DNA from: Polymyxa betae A26-41
Taxonomy: Eukaryota > Protista > Endomyxa: Phytomyxea
Assembly: GCA_003693705.1 (NCBI GenBank)
Contig: RBZT01000993.1
Coordinates: 1 to 63,908, forward strand
Length of the DNA stretch: 63,908 nt
Direction: 5' to 3'
The notes beneath the pieces were generated by a model, which was given only the letters and a program-made list of their open reading frames with translations, searched no databases and was not told the DNA's origin. The position numbers and the translations under genes are program-made. Shown piece after piece: positions 52,700-63,908 of this stretch. Numbering within the stretch: position 1 is the stretch's first letter; each line of letters opens with the position of its first letter.

Positions 52700-54203
52700 T
52701 CAGATTATGGCAGGATTACATTCGTTATCCAGAACGCGACCATCAACTGGACGTACAGGCCCGGCTCCAACCATGATGAGGATATCATCTTTCGGAAGGA
52801 GATTATCATCTGGGCGGAACTTGTATGACTGTTTTTGTTGTAGAAGTAGCTGTTCAGGTGATGCAATACCAGCAGGTAGATATTCATCATCTCCTAACAA
52901 TATTGGTCTCTGCATCTGACCTTGTAATCGTAATTGTTCAGGTGATGCTACCCCAACTGGGAGTGAGTTTTGAGGTTCTTTGGGTAGCTGCTGAATGATA
53001 GGTATTATCTGATCGTGGGATGCAGATAGAGATTGTAGAATAGATGGATCTTGATCTGTATCGAAGATGACATCACCTTGAAATAAATCTCCAGTATCTA
53101 CAGGAATATAAACCATATCAGCTTGATCTGTACCATAAGAAGGTATTGCCCATAATGATGTTGATGATAATATTGGACTTAATACATCATTGAGAATATC
53201 ATCAAGACCAATGACAGGTACACCTCCTGTATCTACATCTTCATCTCCATTTGATATTCCTCGTACTGGGCCCATTATATCATTCCGGGGATCATTAACC
53301 TCTGACGTTGTTGATATTAGTCCCATCATGTCATTTGGCATTCGTCGAGGATCTTTACCCAGATCCCTAATTGATATCGCAGGTACTGACTCCATGCCAT
53401 CATTCGACATTCTTCGAACATCTTCAGCTAGATCCATGGAAGGCGATCTTCCAGACCAGGACATACTAGTCCCGGGCCGGGATGATGACGGCACAAAGCT
53501 GTTGATATCATTGGTCGTATTGCGACGATCAGATGGAATAGACTTAGATTTGCCAGTATCGATGGTGCTATTGGAAAGCTTTGTTGAAGGTCTTCTGTTA
53601 TCTTCACCATTTGATATCGTCGCATTCATCACCTAATAAGTATTAATATGAAGAAAGAGAAAGGATATACAGACGAACCTTATTAGGTAGCTCATGACGC
53701 AGACGATATCTATCTAATGGTCTCTTGCTTGATGTTGATGTTGATGTATTGCTTCTGGTAGTATTCTGTATAGGAGCTAATGCTTGTGAAGTTGTATAGA
53801 TAATATCACCAGCTAATGTAGATACAGGTACAATAGTATCTCTTAGTAGATGAGCAGTTCCATTGAGATCTATTACAGGAATAGAATTAAATCCAATAAC
53901 AGGATTGGATCGAGGAGGAACTGCATCTTTTTCATATCGATCTGTAGATGGCAGGTCTTCTCTATCTTGTTTCTGAACAAGATTTTGACCTCGTTTACCA
54001 TGTCCATGTTTATCATCACATGCAGACTCATCAAAACCAATCAATCGACGACCATTACTTGCAACAATAACAGTGGAGTTTGTCAAGTTCGTTAAAGCTT
54101 GCCATCCATCCGGAGTCACCATTAGACTAGATTTTGGAGTCCGACCATCAGCTAGAGCAATGGTCAGGGCCAATACGGTCGTGAGCAGCGTCGGAAGCTT
54201 CAT
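52700..54203 (-). CDS. secreted low-complexity protein with short internal repeats (effector candidate)
   Basis: Signal peptide MKLPTLLTTVLALTIALA; two long exons joined by a phase-0 intron; repeats D.RRM.ND.M and LP.G.ASPEQL. Confidence 0.7.
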
Positions 54204-54512
54204 TGATACGATTATAATCAGTTTTTTGTTATCAAAAACCTGAAATAAGAAATTCGATGATGATAGATAGAGAACAAATAAGAATCTGATTGAGATCTCT
54301 GTCTGATTATAAAGTTCATGACATCAAAGTATGACTCATTCCATGTGAATCAAGCTATTGAAATGAATCACAGATTTAATCTTGGAGATCAATATGACAA
54401 GATCCAATTTCTATGGATTATGTAATGAAAATCAGAAAAGTATTACATCGAATGTAAAGATCAAGTTGACACTTGTGAATTATATAGGGAATGTATGTTT
54501 GTGTGTATTGAT

Positions 54513-54827
54513 TTAATCAAAAAGAGAGAAGCCCATATCTTCTTCTTCTTCTTCTTCAGACTCGGGTTCAGGAGCAGCCTCTTCCTTAGCAGCAGCAGCT
54601 CCAGCACCAGCCGAAGGAGCGGCACCACCAGATGGTACGCTCTGCAACTTGGCACGTCCGGCCTGGACCAATTCGCCAATATCCTTGCCTTCGACTTGCT
54701 TGAGGAGGAGGTCAAGTTTCTCACCATCAATAGCAGCACCAGCGGCATTCAAAACAGCACTGATGTTGTCCTTGTTTGGGGTCTGACCAGCCAGAGCCAC
54801 CATCAACATAGCTGACACGTACTTCAT
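54513..54827 (-). CDS. RPLP2: 60S acidic ribosomal protein P2
   Basis: MKYVSAMLM..GKDIGELVQAG..SVPSGG..EEEEEDMGFSLFD. Confidence 0.95.
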   Translation of the reverse strand: MKYVSAMLMVALAGQTPNKDNISAVLNAAGAAIDGEKLDLLLKQVEGKDIGELVQAGRAKLQSVPSGGAAPSAGAGAAAAKEEAAPEPESEEEEEEDMGFSLFD

Positions 54828-55004
54828 GGTAAAGAGAGTATTGGGGATAGAGACTGTCTCTGAGTAATTTAAACCGAACGATGTCGATACACAAAGAGAT
54901 TGAAATCCATGAACTCCGTGACGGACTAACAAATAGATCCGAATGACTATATATGGATATTGCCCCTACTCTCTTAAATTACACAGGTTTATTTCACACA
55001 CTTC

Positions 55005-57150
55005 TTAGATCAATGATGTCTGATGACTGCTAAACAATGATTGAATTCTATGTGCTAGATCTGTTAGAAATCCACCACCATGCTCTCGTACTGTACCCAT
55101 CTGTGACATCACCTATTACACTATTCAATTAGTACTGTACATATAAAGACAGTTGGTCTTTATACATGTACCTGCCGGTCTCTCTCAGCAGTCAGTTCTT
55201 TCTCTAGTTTCTTTAGAGCATCAAGTCTGCGTCGATGATTATTAATCTCATCTCTTACTGTAATTAAACGTAATATAATATTATCATTCTCCACCACTGA
55301 TGTATCCTGCATAGCACATTTAAAATTACATGTATAACATCCTATATAATCATACATGAGTACCATGACGTATTTGTTCGGATTGAGCTCGAATTGGCAC
55401 CTGTACTGGTCCAGGATCTGTAGAACGTAATTGCTCAGATCGAGCTCTATCAGGACCTATGAAGAATATGTTCAGAACCCCATATGGACAGCCATGTAAA
55501 TCTAGATGTAGTAATCCTTGACCTTGATCTTGATATTCACTTTCAGGTTCTGAATCCCAATCCGATTGATTTGCCAATTCCTGACCAAGAATATGATCAG
55601 ATAGAAACTAGGGCCATGGGATTCAATACAAGGGTACTGGGATCATTTGGGTCAGTTATTTCTGGATCATATTCAATAAAGAGCCGAGTAAATTGGTGAG
55701 ATGATGGCTTTAGACATAATAAAGGTCGTATTGGTGAGAGAATTTGTTCACTAAATTACATGATAGATTGAATCAGTATATATAGAGATATAAAGAGACA
55801 ATGCTAATTACCTGGTACTATCAACTCGGTTAATAATTCGTTCTAATAATGAGGTCCATTGATCACATATAGATATAGAATCAAACTTTAATATGAGAGC
55901 TGGATCTGTGCCTGATATCTCTCTATATATATATCATTAACAAATGATTGGGTACGATACAATCAGTATGGTATCGTACCGAGGTCCATTAAGATCATGT
56001 CTCCAGAATAGAGGTAATGTACGAGATCTCACAATATTATTCAGACCAGCATTAGCACCAAACTCAACATCTCTCAATGTTATACAATCAATAATATCCT
56101 CATAATCATCACGACGAAATATCAGTAGATTCGTAGCACCAACCATCACATGACGATCTCTCCAATTAGATCCTAGCCCACCTTTCCAGTTCTAAAATAC
56201 AGTATCATCACATTAATATCATTGATATCAAATTATGAATGATTCGTACTTTCCGAACTGTCACTTTACCTTTTAGATAGCTTCTGTACAAAAATGTGAA
56301 TATGAGACTTGTAAAGCAGAATATATTCGGATATAATGAAATACCTTTGTGGCATTATTCTATCATCGAATACATAACGATATTGACCTATGAACTGCTT
56401 ACTGAACATATTCACTATGAAGTTCCGACGATTACATTTCCATATGGATACAAGGATAGATTCTAAACGAGAACGAGTACGTTCAGTTCGACATCGCCAT
56501 GTGTATTGCTTCAATTGATTGGATGAATTCTGTGCAACTTGTAGACGAATCTCATGTTTTGAAATCGATATAATATCTGCAAACAGCATTCATGTACAAA
56601 TCGTCGCAATATGCCAATGTTCTGACCTCGGATTTGATCAAAATTGATGATCTTTCGAAGTTGGGACTTTTCATAATTGCTGATTGTCTTGTTGATAAAG
56701 TCGAATCTCAAAATACGATTTTGTTGATATCTATTATTACGGTTGAGCTTAATGATAGAGAAAATTAGCCTGATAAATATAATAGATGAGATAAGGACCG
56801 ATATATATGAGATACTAACCAAGGATCTAATTCATCATTTGTATCATCATGTTGATGCAATAATGTTCTTAGAAATAGAATACGATCATATCCAGCTTTA
56901 CAATCAGCATCAGAAAGTACAGCCCTAAAGACAGTTATACAATCTCTGTATGAGATCAGAGTAAGAACCTGGCTGTCTGAATAATCTCGAAACTAATATG
57001 GTCTTCTGATTGCTGATCATGTTGATGATCGGGATGAAATTTCAATGCAGTTTTTCGAAATGCAGCTGGTATTTGATCAATAGCAGACCCATAACGTAAA
57101 CCGAGAAGGTTGTAATAACCAACAGGACCTAGATCTTCACTAGAAATCAT
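55005..57150 (-). CDS. DnaJ-domain plus PH-domain protein (AT-rich, multi-exon)
   Basis: YYNLLGL..AFRKTALKFHPD (HPD motif); PH-like GSNWRDRHVMVGATNLLIFR..IDCITL; C-terminal coiled coil. Confidence 0.7.
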
Positions 57151-57539
57151 ATCAACATGAATATTGCAGGTCGCGTGCCTTTCATATCGCTATGATACAG
57201 ATTCTTTTAACAAACAAGGTTTTTCGAGCCGGGTTTGAGTTTGAGTTTGAGTTCTGCTGACGTCATACGAGAAGGCCGCTCAAACTCGTATTCAAACTTC
57301 AAAGCTGGTTGAGTTTGCGCAGCCTTCTGGTCACAGAATTGGAGTCATTGAGTTTCAATTGTCTCAGAGTCGTCTAAGGTAATGTCGTTCCGTTCCGGGT
57401 TCCCTCATCGTTAATAAAATTATAGATTTCGTTATGAATCAAATTAGTCTGGACCTGATGATCGGTTCATTCAGGGCCCGTTCATTGCTGCTGAGCCGAC
57501 TTCAGGGGCATTTAACGCGCGAGCACTCTCTATCTTGCC

Positions 57540-57800
57540 ATGCCTGCAACCTTTCTCCAACAACGACGGAATGAAACAACCCCTCCTCAACACCAATTGC
57601 TCAAGGTGGAAAAGCGTCGACAACCCAGCGCAACTTACTTTGACGATTTCATCCTGCTCAAAGCAGTGAACCACTTTTCCCAAGGAATCAGGAAGAGGCA
57701 ACGTGATGAAAGTCTGGGATGAGATCGCTGAACGGCTTCCTAATACACCGGATTACGGGGTAAAGAAGGATGGCCCCGGATGTAAAAGATTTGAGAGATT
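57540..57800 (+). mobile_element. fragment of a Myb/SANT-like protein typical of PIF/Harbinger-like transposons
   Basis: DDFILLKAVN..GNVMKVWDEIAERL..KKDGPGCKRF, frameshifted. Confidence 0.5.
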
Positions 57801-58349
57801 CTATCTTGGTTTATTTATTTATTATAACAGATATAAAAAATGCGAAAAATACATGAGAAACCCTCCAATCAGATTTTGCGCTCTATTTTAGCATCGCATT
57901 TATTGAAAATGAGTTCAGCAACCTGATTGTCAACGGTAATTATCAGGGTCGCTGGTCCCGGGTTGTCCCCAGTCTGAGACCGGGACCTGGAAAATATGCG
58001 TGGGTATTTTCACTCCCACTGCAATTTATCTTCCGATATTTGGACCGCGGGTCCCCAGTGCCCCCGTTATTCAAGGCGAATTTTACCTGCGAATGCTTGC
58101 TAGCACTGTTTTTTGGGCTTTGCCCTGCCACTTGCTCGGGTAATCGTCACTTCAAGCGGTTCTAGTGACGTTCCTTAAATTTGAATACGAAGATGTCATA
58201 TAGAAACCAGAATATAGCTTGGTCTGCTCACTTGACATGCAAAGGGTGGGTAATTATATTGCATAGTACGGCGAAACTTGTACGGCACGTATTGGTCTTT
58301 CGCGTGATTCGCTGCAGTATCTTGCAATCTTGCAAGCTCTATCAGCGAT

Positions 58350-58890
58350 GTCTGATCTTTCTATGCCTGCTGATTTCCAGACTATCCCACTATGCTCTTC
58401 TTCGTGGCGAGACTGTGAGGCAGTTAGAATTGGCTGATATGCATTCTGTTGAATTATAGAAATGAAGGTTTTACTCAGTGTTCCGCCTTGGTGTTTGTTC
58501 TCCGCCAAGGCAAAACTAACCAGTTCGGCCGAAACGATTTCGGGGCTTTCGTTCGCTCGAAAGACGTTCATATCTGTCCCTGGGGCTCTGTGTCGTTTTA
58601 TCTGTTTTGACGTTTCCATTCCGAAAACGAGCCCTTTCCTTCTAGAACAAGCGATTATAAGGTTCAAAAAAAGTTTGTCGATGCCGCTTTCGAAGATATC
58701 GGTTTGACGAACAAGGCTAAGACACACGCAGCGAGAGGTTCGGGTGCCCGAATGGCAGAGCTGTCCGGTCCTTCTGTAGACCAGATCCGTCGGCAGATGA
58801 AACAATCAGGCTTTGGAGAACTGCTATCTGACCTGTCTTCCAAGAGAGGCTATCAGAAAGCATGCTGAATTCCCAACAGCTCCTCAGGGC
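58350..58890 (+). mobile_element. degenerate Crypton-type (NDC10/GCR1-related) tyrosine recombinase
   Basis: SHYALLRGETVRQLELAD / GKTNQFGR..R.KDV..CPWG...YLF*RF / KTHAARGSGARMAELSG..QIRR / NNQALENCYLTCLPREA; contains stops and frameshifts. Confidence 0.85.
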
Positions 58891-58949
58891 ATGTGTCTAA
58901 GCGCACTATATTGACTAAGCTCCGATGAATCGGAAAGCTCACTATATTG

Positions 58950-59460
58950 ACTGAATTCCTATGAACTGGAAGTTGGCATATAGACAAGGAATGTAAAGCT
59001 CAGGTAATCAATCGAGTATATCTGAAGCTTTCGACAAATTATTATTTTTGCAGATTCGGGAGAAAATTAAAGACGTGGAGCAGAGAAAGCAAGTTTATCA
59101 TCAACTCTGTATCCTGCGTTGGGAAAGAGAAGTAGATGTGCTCCAAAAAATGCTGCCCAATTTCGTCAACCAGCTGCCCTGCGAATTCCGCCTGTATTTT
59201 GAAACACATTACCTTCACCGAGTGGAGAAGAGGCCTGTTTGTTATCGCGACCCTGAACTTCCTGATATTACAGCACATCCAGAATCATTTCATCTGGTCC
59301 TGAATAGTTCGACAGCTATCTGAAATACAAGCGGTTTGTAGCAAATTATTACTTTATTAGAAGTAAATACAGGATTGGTTGACAAGTTTTCAAGCTACGA
59401 CGAAGCTGCGCTAAGATTCGCTCACGGAGTCTGACGGGCACTGTGATGGCCTTTCCCCTT
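58950..59460 (+). mobile_element. degenerate MULE/Mutator-like transposase fragment
   Basis: WHIDK (CxWH-like), FRLYFETHYL..CYR..DITAHPESFHLVL. Confidence 0.55.
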
Positions 59461-59982
59461 TGGGTCCTGGACGTTTCCATGATTGGAAAACAAATTCATT
59501 GAGATTTTACTATCGTTCCGTTGTGATCTGAGCGTAGAATCGTATCGATTGCTACAAAGAATTCTTTTAGTCATATGGCTACTGTGATGACAACTTCGGA
59601 TGAAGATCCTTTTTATGATGAAATCGACGAACAAATAGTCTATGACTATGAAACACCCGCTGAAGAAGACGCAATGGCAGCCGAGGGTCGGTCCAAGTCG
59701 TTGACGATGAAGTTAGTCAGCGAATGCAGATTGGCAATGACGACCAGGGCACTGGCAATAGCCGGAATACACCCAACAACGATGAGATCGAGGCTAATCA
59801 CAGCCGCCAGACGACCAAAGGCGGAAACCAGGGCATGGCCTCGGGAAACCTCGCCGTGGTAGAGCAATATTGCGGAAGCTAGATCGCAAAGCGATCTTGA
59901 AATTCGTTGAAAACCGGGAACGTTATTTGAATCATTTTCGCGATGCGAACACTGCAGGTAGGTACGGTGTGCTGTCTTCCGA

Positions 59983-62900
59983 TTAGAACAGGTAGCAATG
60001 ATTGCAAACTGTACACAATCTGATTCTCAAATCAGTACTTTGCACAGGAATTACAATCCTGTTATGACCATTAACAAACAGCGCGTTACTATCAGTAACA
60101 TAATCGTCATTGGTACCGAGATGACATCTCTGCTCGTTTGCGATTTCATTAATGTCTGGCCAGACAAATTTATCCGGGTTCAATGGCTGAACTCTATATT
60201 GTTCTATGGATTGGATATAATCATGATCATCAATACAACCATCAGTAGTCTGAATTGTGTTAATTGCCACCGACGAAGCTGCTGTGTCGTGGGCTGCACC
60301 CCATCGTGGCATAATATCTGCCAGCAATTCACTTCACCAGGAATATGCCGGATGACATAATTGAATTCTCGTAATTCAATTCCCCATCGTAGCAACCTAT
60401 CTGCTGACGGTTTGTTACATTTCACAGGATTAAACATAGAAATGAGATTTCTGTGATCAGTAAACAGCATAAATGGCCGTTTCATATGCAATAAGTATGA
60501 CAACTTTTCAAAGTGTCCTTGATTGCAAACGCCTCTTAAATAACAATTGCCCAATTTAATTCCGAGCCTTTAAATCGATGACCAACCAACCCCAATGGCT
60601 GATGTCTTTGTTCACAAAATGGTTTACAATCATCCTCAACAGGAATCTGTGTAACCATACCTGAGCAATATTGATAGCTAGCATCACAGAAGACACACTA
60701 GACTGTATCATCTCATCACTAGGAAATGCAATTCTGACATTCTCTATCAGTGCTAATTTAAGTTTATGAACTGCTAGCTCATGCTCAGCATTCCAACCAA
60801 ACTCATTCAAGTTAACCCCTTTAGCAACAGTTTTCGTCCTCTTAATCTGTCCTTTCATTGCATTTTCAAATAACTGCTGCAACTTTGTGACAAACTGATT
60901 ATAACGAGGAATTGATCGACTCATCCATTGAGTAAAGCCATCAATAACTGTTGTAGCTCACTAGCTTTCTTTGGCATTGGCATATCAACGAGTGCCTCTA
61001 TCCTTCTTGGATCATGTATCACATGCTTATGTTTAAAAATGCTTCCACAGAATTTCACCTCAGTGACAAAGAATTTACATTTATCAATAGCCAATTTGAT
61101 ATTATATTTTTCCAGCCGCTGTAAAGTTGTATCGAGTACGGAAAACCAATCTTCTACAGTATCCGAATGGCCTAATATATCATCAATCCATACAATGATT
61201 GACTTGTAAAATAAGTCATTATATATCGATGTCATTCGTGCTTAAATTGAACTGCTGAGTTCAAAGCACCTTGAATGGACCTAGTTGGAGTAAATACTCC
61301 TTTATCTGTCATAAAGGAGAACATTTCTTGACAATGCTTCGCTAAAGGCATCATCCAAAATTCAAAGGCATCAAAGATAAACCAGTATCTAGAATTTGCC
61401 ATATGCTGCACAATGTCCTGTAAAAATGGCATTGGCCAGGCTGTTGCAACACTTAAAGCATTTACCGCTTTTAAGTCCACACACATTCTCTATCCATTTG
61501 GTTTCTGAACAACCACAACTGGACTTGCCCATTCTGAATTAGGATTCTCAACGATCAAACCAAACTTCTCAAGGGTTTGGGTGAATTCTAACAGAAATTC
61601 ACTTTGTTCTGCAGAATAGTGTCGTGCTTTACTACAATATGGTTTCGCACCCGGCACTAAGTCTTTTTAAAATGGAGCAACATTAGCGGGATTGTCTGGT
61701 CCCAGTTTCCGGCGAAACACATTTTTCCGACGAATCAACAAACTTAACAGTTTATTTTCATATTGAGCTGGCATACGATTGCTCATACATTCCCCAACTT
61801 TTTCTTTTATATACTATTAATAATATGTGGCATTTCATCCGTGCCAATATCATATTCCAAACCACGCATCTATGATGACTAATCGCTAGTGGACCACCTT
61901 TGGACTGAAGCGTAATATCAACAAACATTTGTTGAGCAATCTCAACCATTCGATCATCAGGCAACACAGCCATCATTGGTTCTGGTAATGTTTGTAAAGA
62001 AACTCGATTATCCATTTAACAAATCTTTTGTGATACTGTATGTTTCCTGGAATAATTGTGGCATCAGCACCGCTATCCAAAGTTCCTTGGCATAGAACTT
62101 TTCCATTGACAAAGCTGACTTCAATTCTGCTTTCAATGCCTGATGCGGTAGCATCGGAATTTACAATCCGAGCAATTTCAAATAAGACGAAGATTTCTTA
62201 TTTATTGAAGCATTCTTCAAAGCCTGGAATTGTTTCAACAGCTTCGACTGCTCCTCAGCTGAAGGCTTTAAATGAAAGTATTTCATAACATGCCCGTTCT
62301 TGCGGCATTTCAAACATTCAACGTCATCAAGCTTACGCTTTTTGTGTTGAGCACCATTATTCTGGTTAGAAACCCCACGATTCTTCGAAACCGTAGCGGT
62401 TTTCTGTTCATGATTCTTATCCGACCGAATCAGAATGCGACTCACTTCTGATTCATACTTATCCACATCTGCCAGCAGTTGCTCTACAAACGCAACCTGG
62501 TCAGTCCTAAGCTCCGGCTTCGAGAAATAAATCATATTCAGCATATGATTTGTAAAAATATAAGGCTGCAAACATTCCGTGGCCAGCCGAATCCAATGTT
62601 CCTTCCCCACATCAGAATCAAACAAAGACTGGCAGTTATGCTCCTCAATGATCTTATCCAATTGCGTCAGAAGATCCATAATTCTGGCAGATGGTGGCTT
62701 CATCTTCAAATCCACTTTGACACTCTCCTTAATGATCATACGAATATGTCCATGTGACGAGTCATCATTAACCTCATATATAATTATTTTTTTTTTAAAA
62801 ACACCCAGAACATCATTGTCCACAAGTTCATCCTTCGGTTTTTTCAAAACAACTTTGGCAATCATATTCAACAAAGAAGGATCTATAAAAGACATAAATG

Positions 62901-63659
62901 ACCGTTTAGGAATATCATTCCCTCCCATTCTCAGGTTATCCTGGACTTGCTGGTCATATTTCGTATACTGAGTCAAAAATGTAATAATATCCTTTGTACG
63001 CAAAGCCGTCAACAAAGGGGGTTCGCAAGGTTGAAAAACCACAAGCGGCTACCGGTGCTGCTGGTCTACCAGAATCATTCACAGGCTGGGAACTATATCT
63101 CCCACGATGCCTATCAGCATGTGTCCCAAAATTGCAATCGAACCGAAAGAGTTGAAGTCGATCATTAAGAATAAGATGGAGATTGAGCCCCGGTTCGCGA
63201 AACAGCTCACGGTTTTTTTGCTGTTACTACCCGAAAAAACTGTGAATCACGAAGATTCGCGGACGCTGAACAAAGCAGATGATGTCGACGAGAAAAAAAC
63301 GAAGAAGAATTACCGTAAGCGCCCGATTAATGATGAAAAAAGGAGATGAAGAAGACGAGAAGCGAAGCGAAGAGCAGCACGCCAGACCGCTCCAACACGC
63401 TGTGTTTTAAGGTCGCGTTTGGATACCACGCAGAATTTGGATCTGACACCCCATAATCCGGATTTTGTGTGAAACCCGGATTTGCCGTAGAATCGACCTG
63501 TTTGGCATCCCAAAATCCCGTTTTATAAAACCTGACTTTGCTCAAAAATCTGTATTTCTAAAATCCTATTCGGACCTGGATCTTGCATGGTAAATCCGGA
63601 TTCGCGTGTTAATATTTCTCAGCTCGTAGAGCACTTCACTACGTAGTAATAAACGAGTC
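59983..63659 (-). mobile_element. degenerate Ty3/Gypsy LTR retrotransposon internal region (gag-PR-RT-RNase H, integrase truncated)
   Basis: gag with CLKC..GH knuckle; protease LDSGADAT; RT WASPVVVVQKP..RMCVDL..VWIDDIL..KCKF; RNase H FTDHRNL..RLLRW..F.Y.IRHIPGEVN; many stops and frameshifts. Confidence 0.92.
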
Positions 63660-63843
63660 TGTGATAGTGCTGAGAATCGATTGTGTATTATTTCAGGGAG
63701 TCAGGGCCCAAGGTAGTTCCGCAGTCCGTGACGCAACTTCCGGACCTGATCACTTCCGACGGAATGTCCAAGAGTCTGCCCACAGTCTTCTTAGCGCAGT
63801 CGCGCACTTATTGCGACTAACGGAGAAAATATAGATTGATACA
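63660..63843 (-). repeat. putative LTR (TGT...ACA, 184 bp) preceded by a polypurine tract
   Basis: Minus strand reads T-run, GAAGGAGGGGAA (63855-63844), then TGTATCAATC...CTATCACA. Confidence 0.6.
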
Positions 63844-63908
63844 TTCCCCTCCTTCAAAAAAAAATTCTCTCTTCTGTGTGAAACCGCTCCTATACATGTT
63901 CGAGAGCG

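Noticed and set aside
57944-58140. CAGGG-starting GC-rich segment as a hAT terminus
   Set aside because: No matching second TIR or target-site duplication identified.
59470-59960. Acidic ORF fragment between the MULE and Gypsy relics
   Set aside because: Probably TE-derived, but no diagnostic motif allows assignment.
63060-63071. TGGTAGACCAGC as a retrotransposon PBS
   Set aside because: Not adjacent to an LTR-ending CA, and probably within frameshifted gag.
63413-63428. TGGTATC as an initiator-Met PBS
   Set aside because: Only a 7-nt match, about 230 bp from the putative LTR end.

Overview
Eukaryotic nuclear DNA from a very compact genome rich in short introns (mostly about 40-60 nt, with degenerate GT donors). 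Its style suggests a parasitic protist such as a plasmodiophorid or other rhizarian; that is an inference only. Bases 1 to about 57150 are densely packed with spliced genes: MAPR-type cytochrome b5, IMP1, GPALPP1-like, YPI1/PPP1R11, Maf, CDC7, TIPIN, CTNNBL1, PCYT2, an ADAM protease, UNC-50, a TPR protein, MECR, LYAR, bL21m, DYRK, ARPC4, an LRR membrane protein, a rhomboid-like protein, KEA/TMCO3, PEX1, a RING E3, BUD22, SPCS1, RPL34, RPLP2 and a DnaJ-PH protein. Several coding-like but broken 'ghost' genes sit between them. From about 57200 to the end is a cluster of decayed transposons: a Harbinger-like Myb fragment, a Crypton/NDC10-type tyrosine recombinase, a MULE and a Ty3/Gypsy element with a PPT-preceded LTR. 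Most notable: (i) same-strand gene pairs with 48 bp or less between them, including a TAATG stop/start overlap, hinting at dicistronic transcripts; (ii) a pseudoknot-capable RNA structure in an unusually long CTNNBL1 intron; (iii) several apparent pseudo-enzymes (2OG-Fe oxygenase, rhomboid, GRDP-like); (iv) repeated gene decay. Exon boundaries were read by eye and are approximate.
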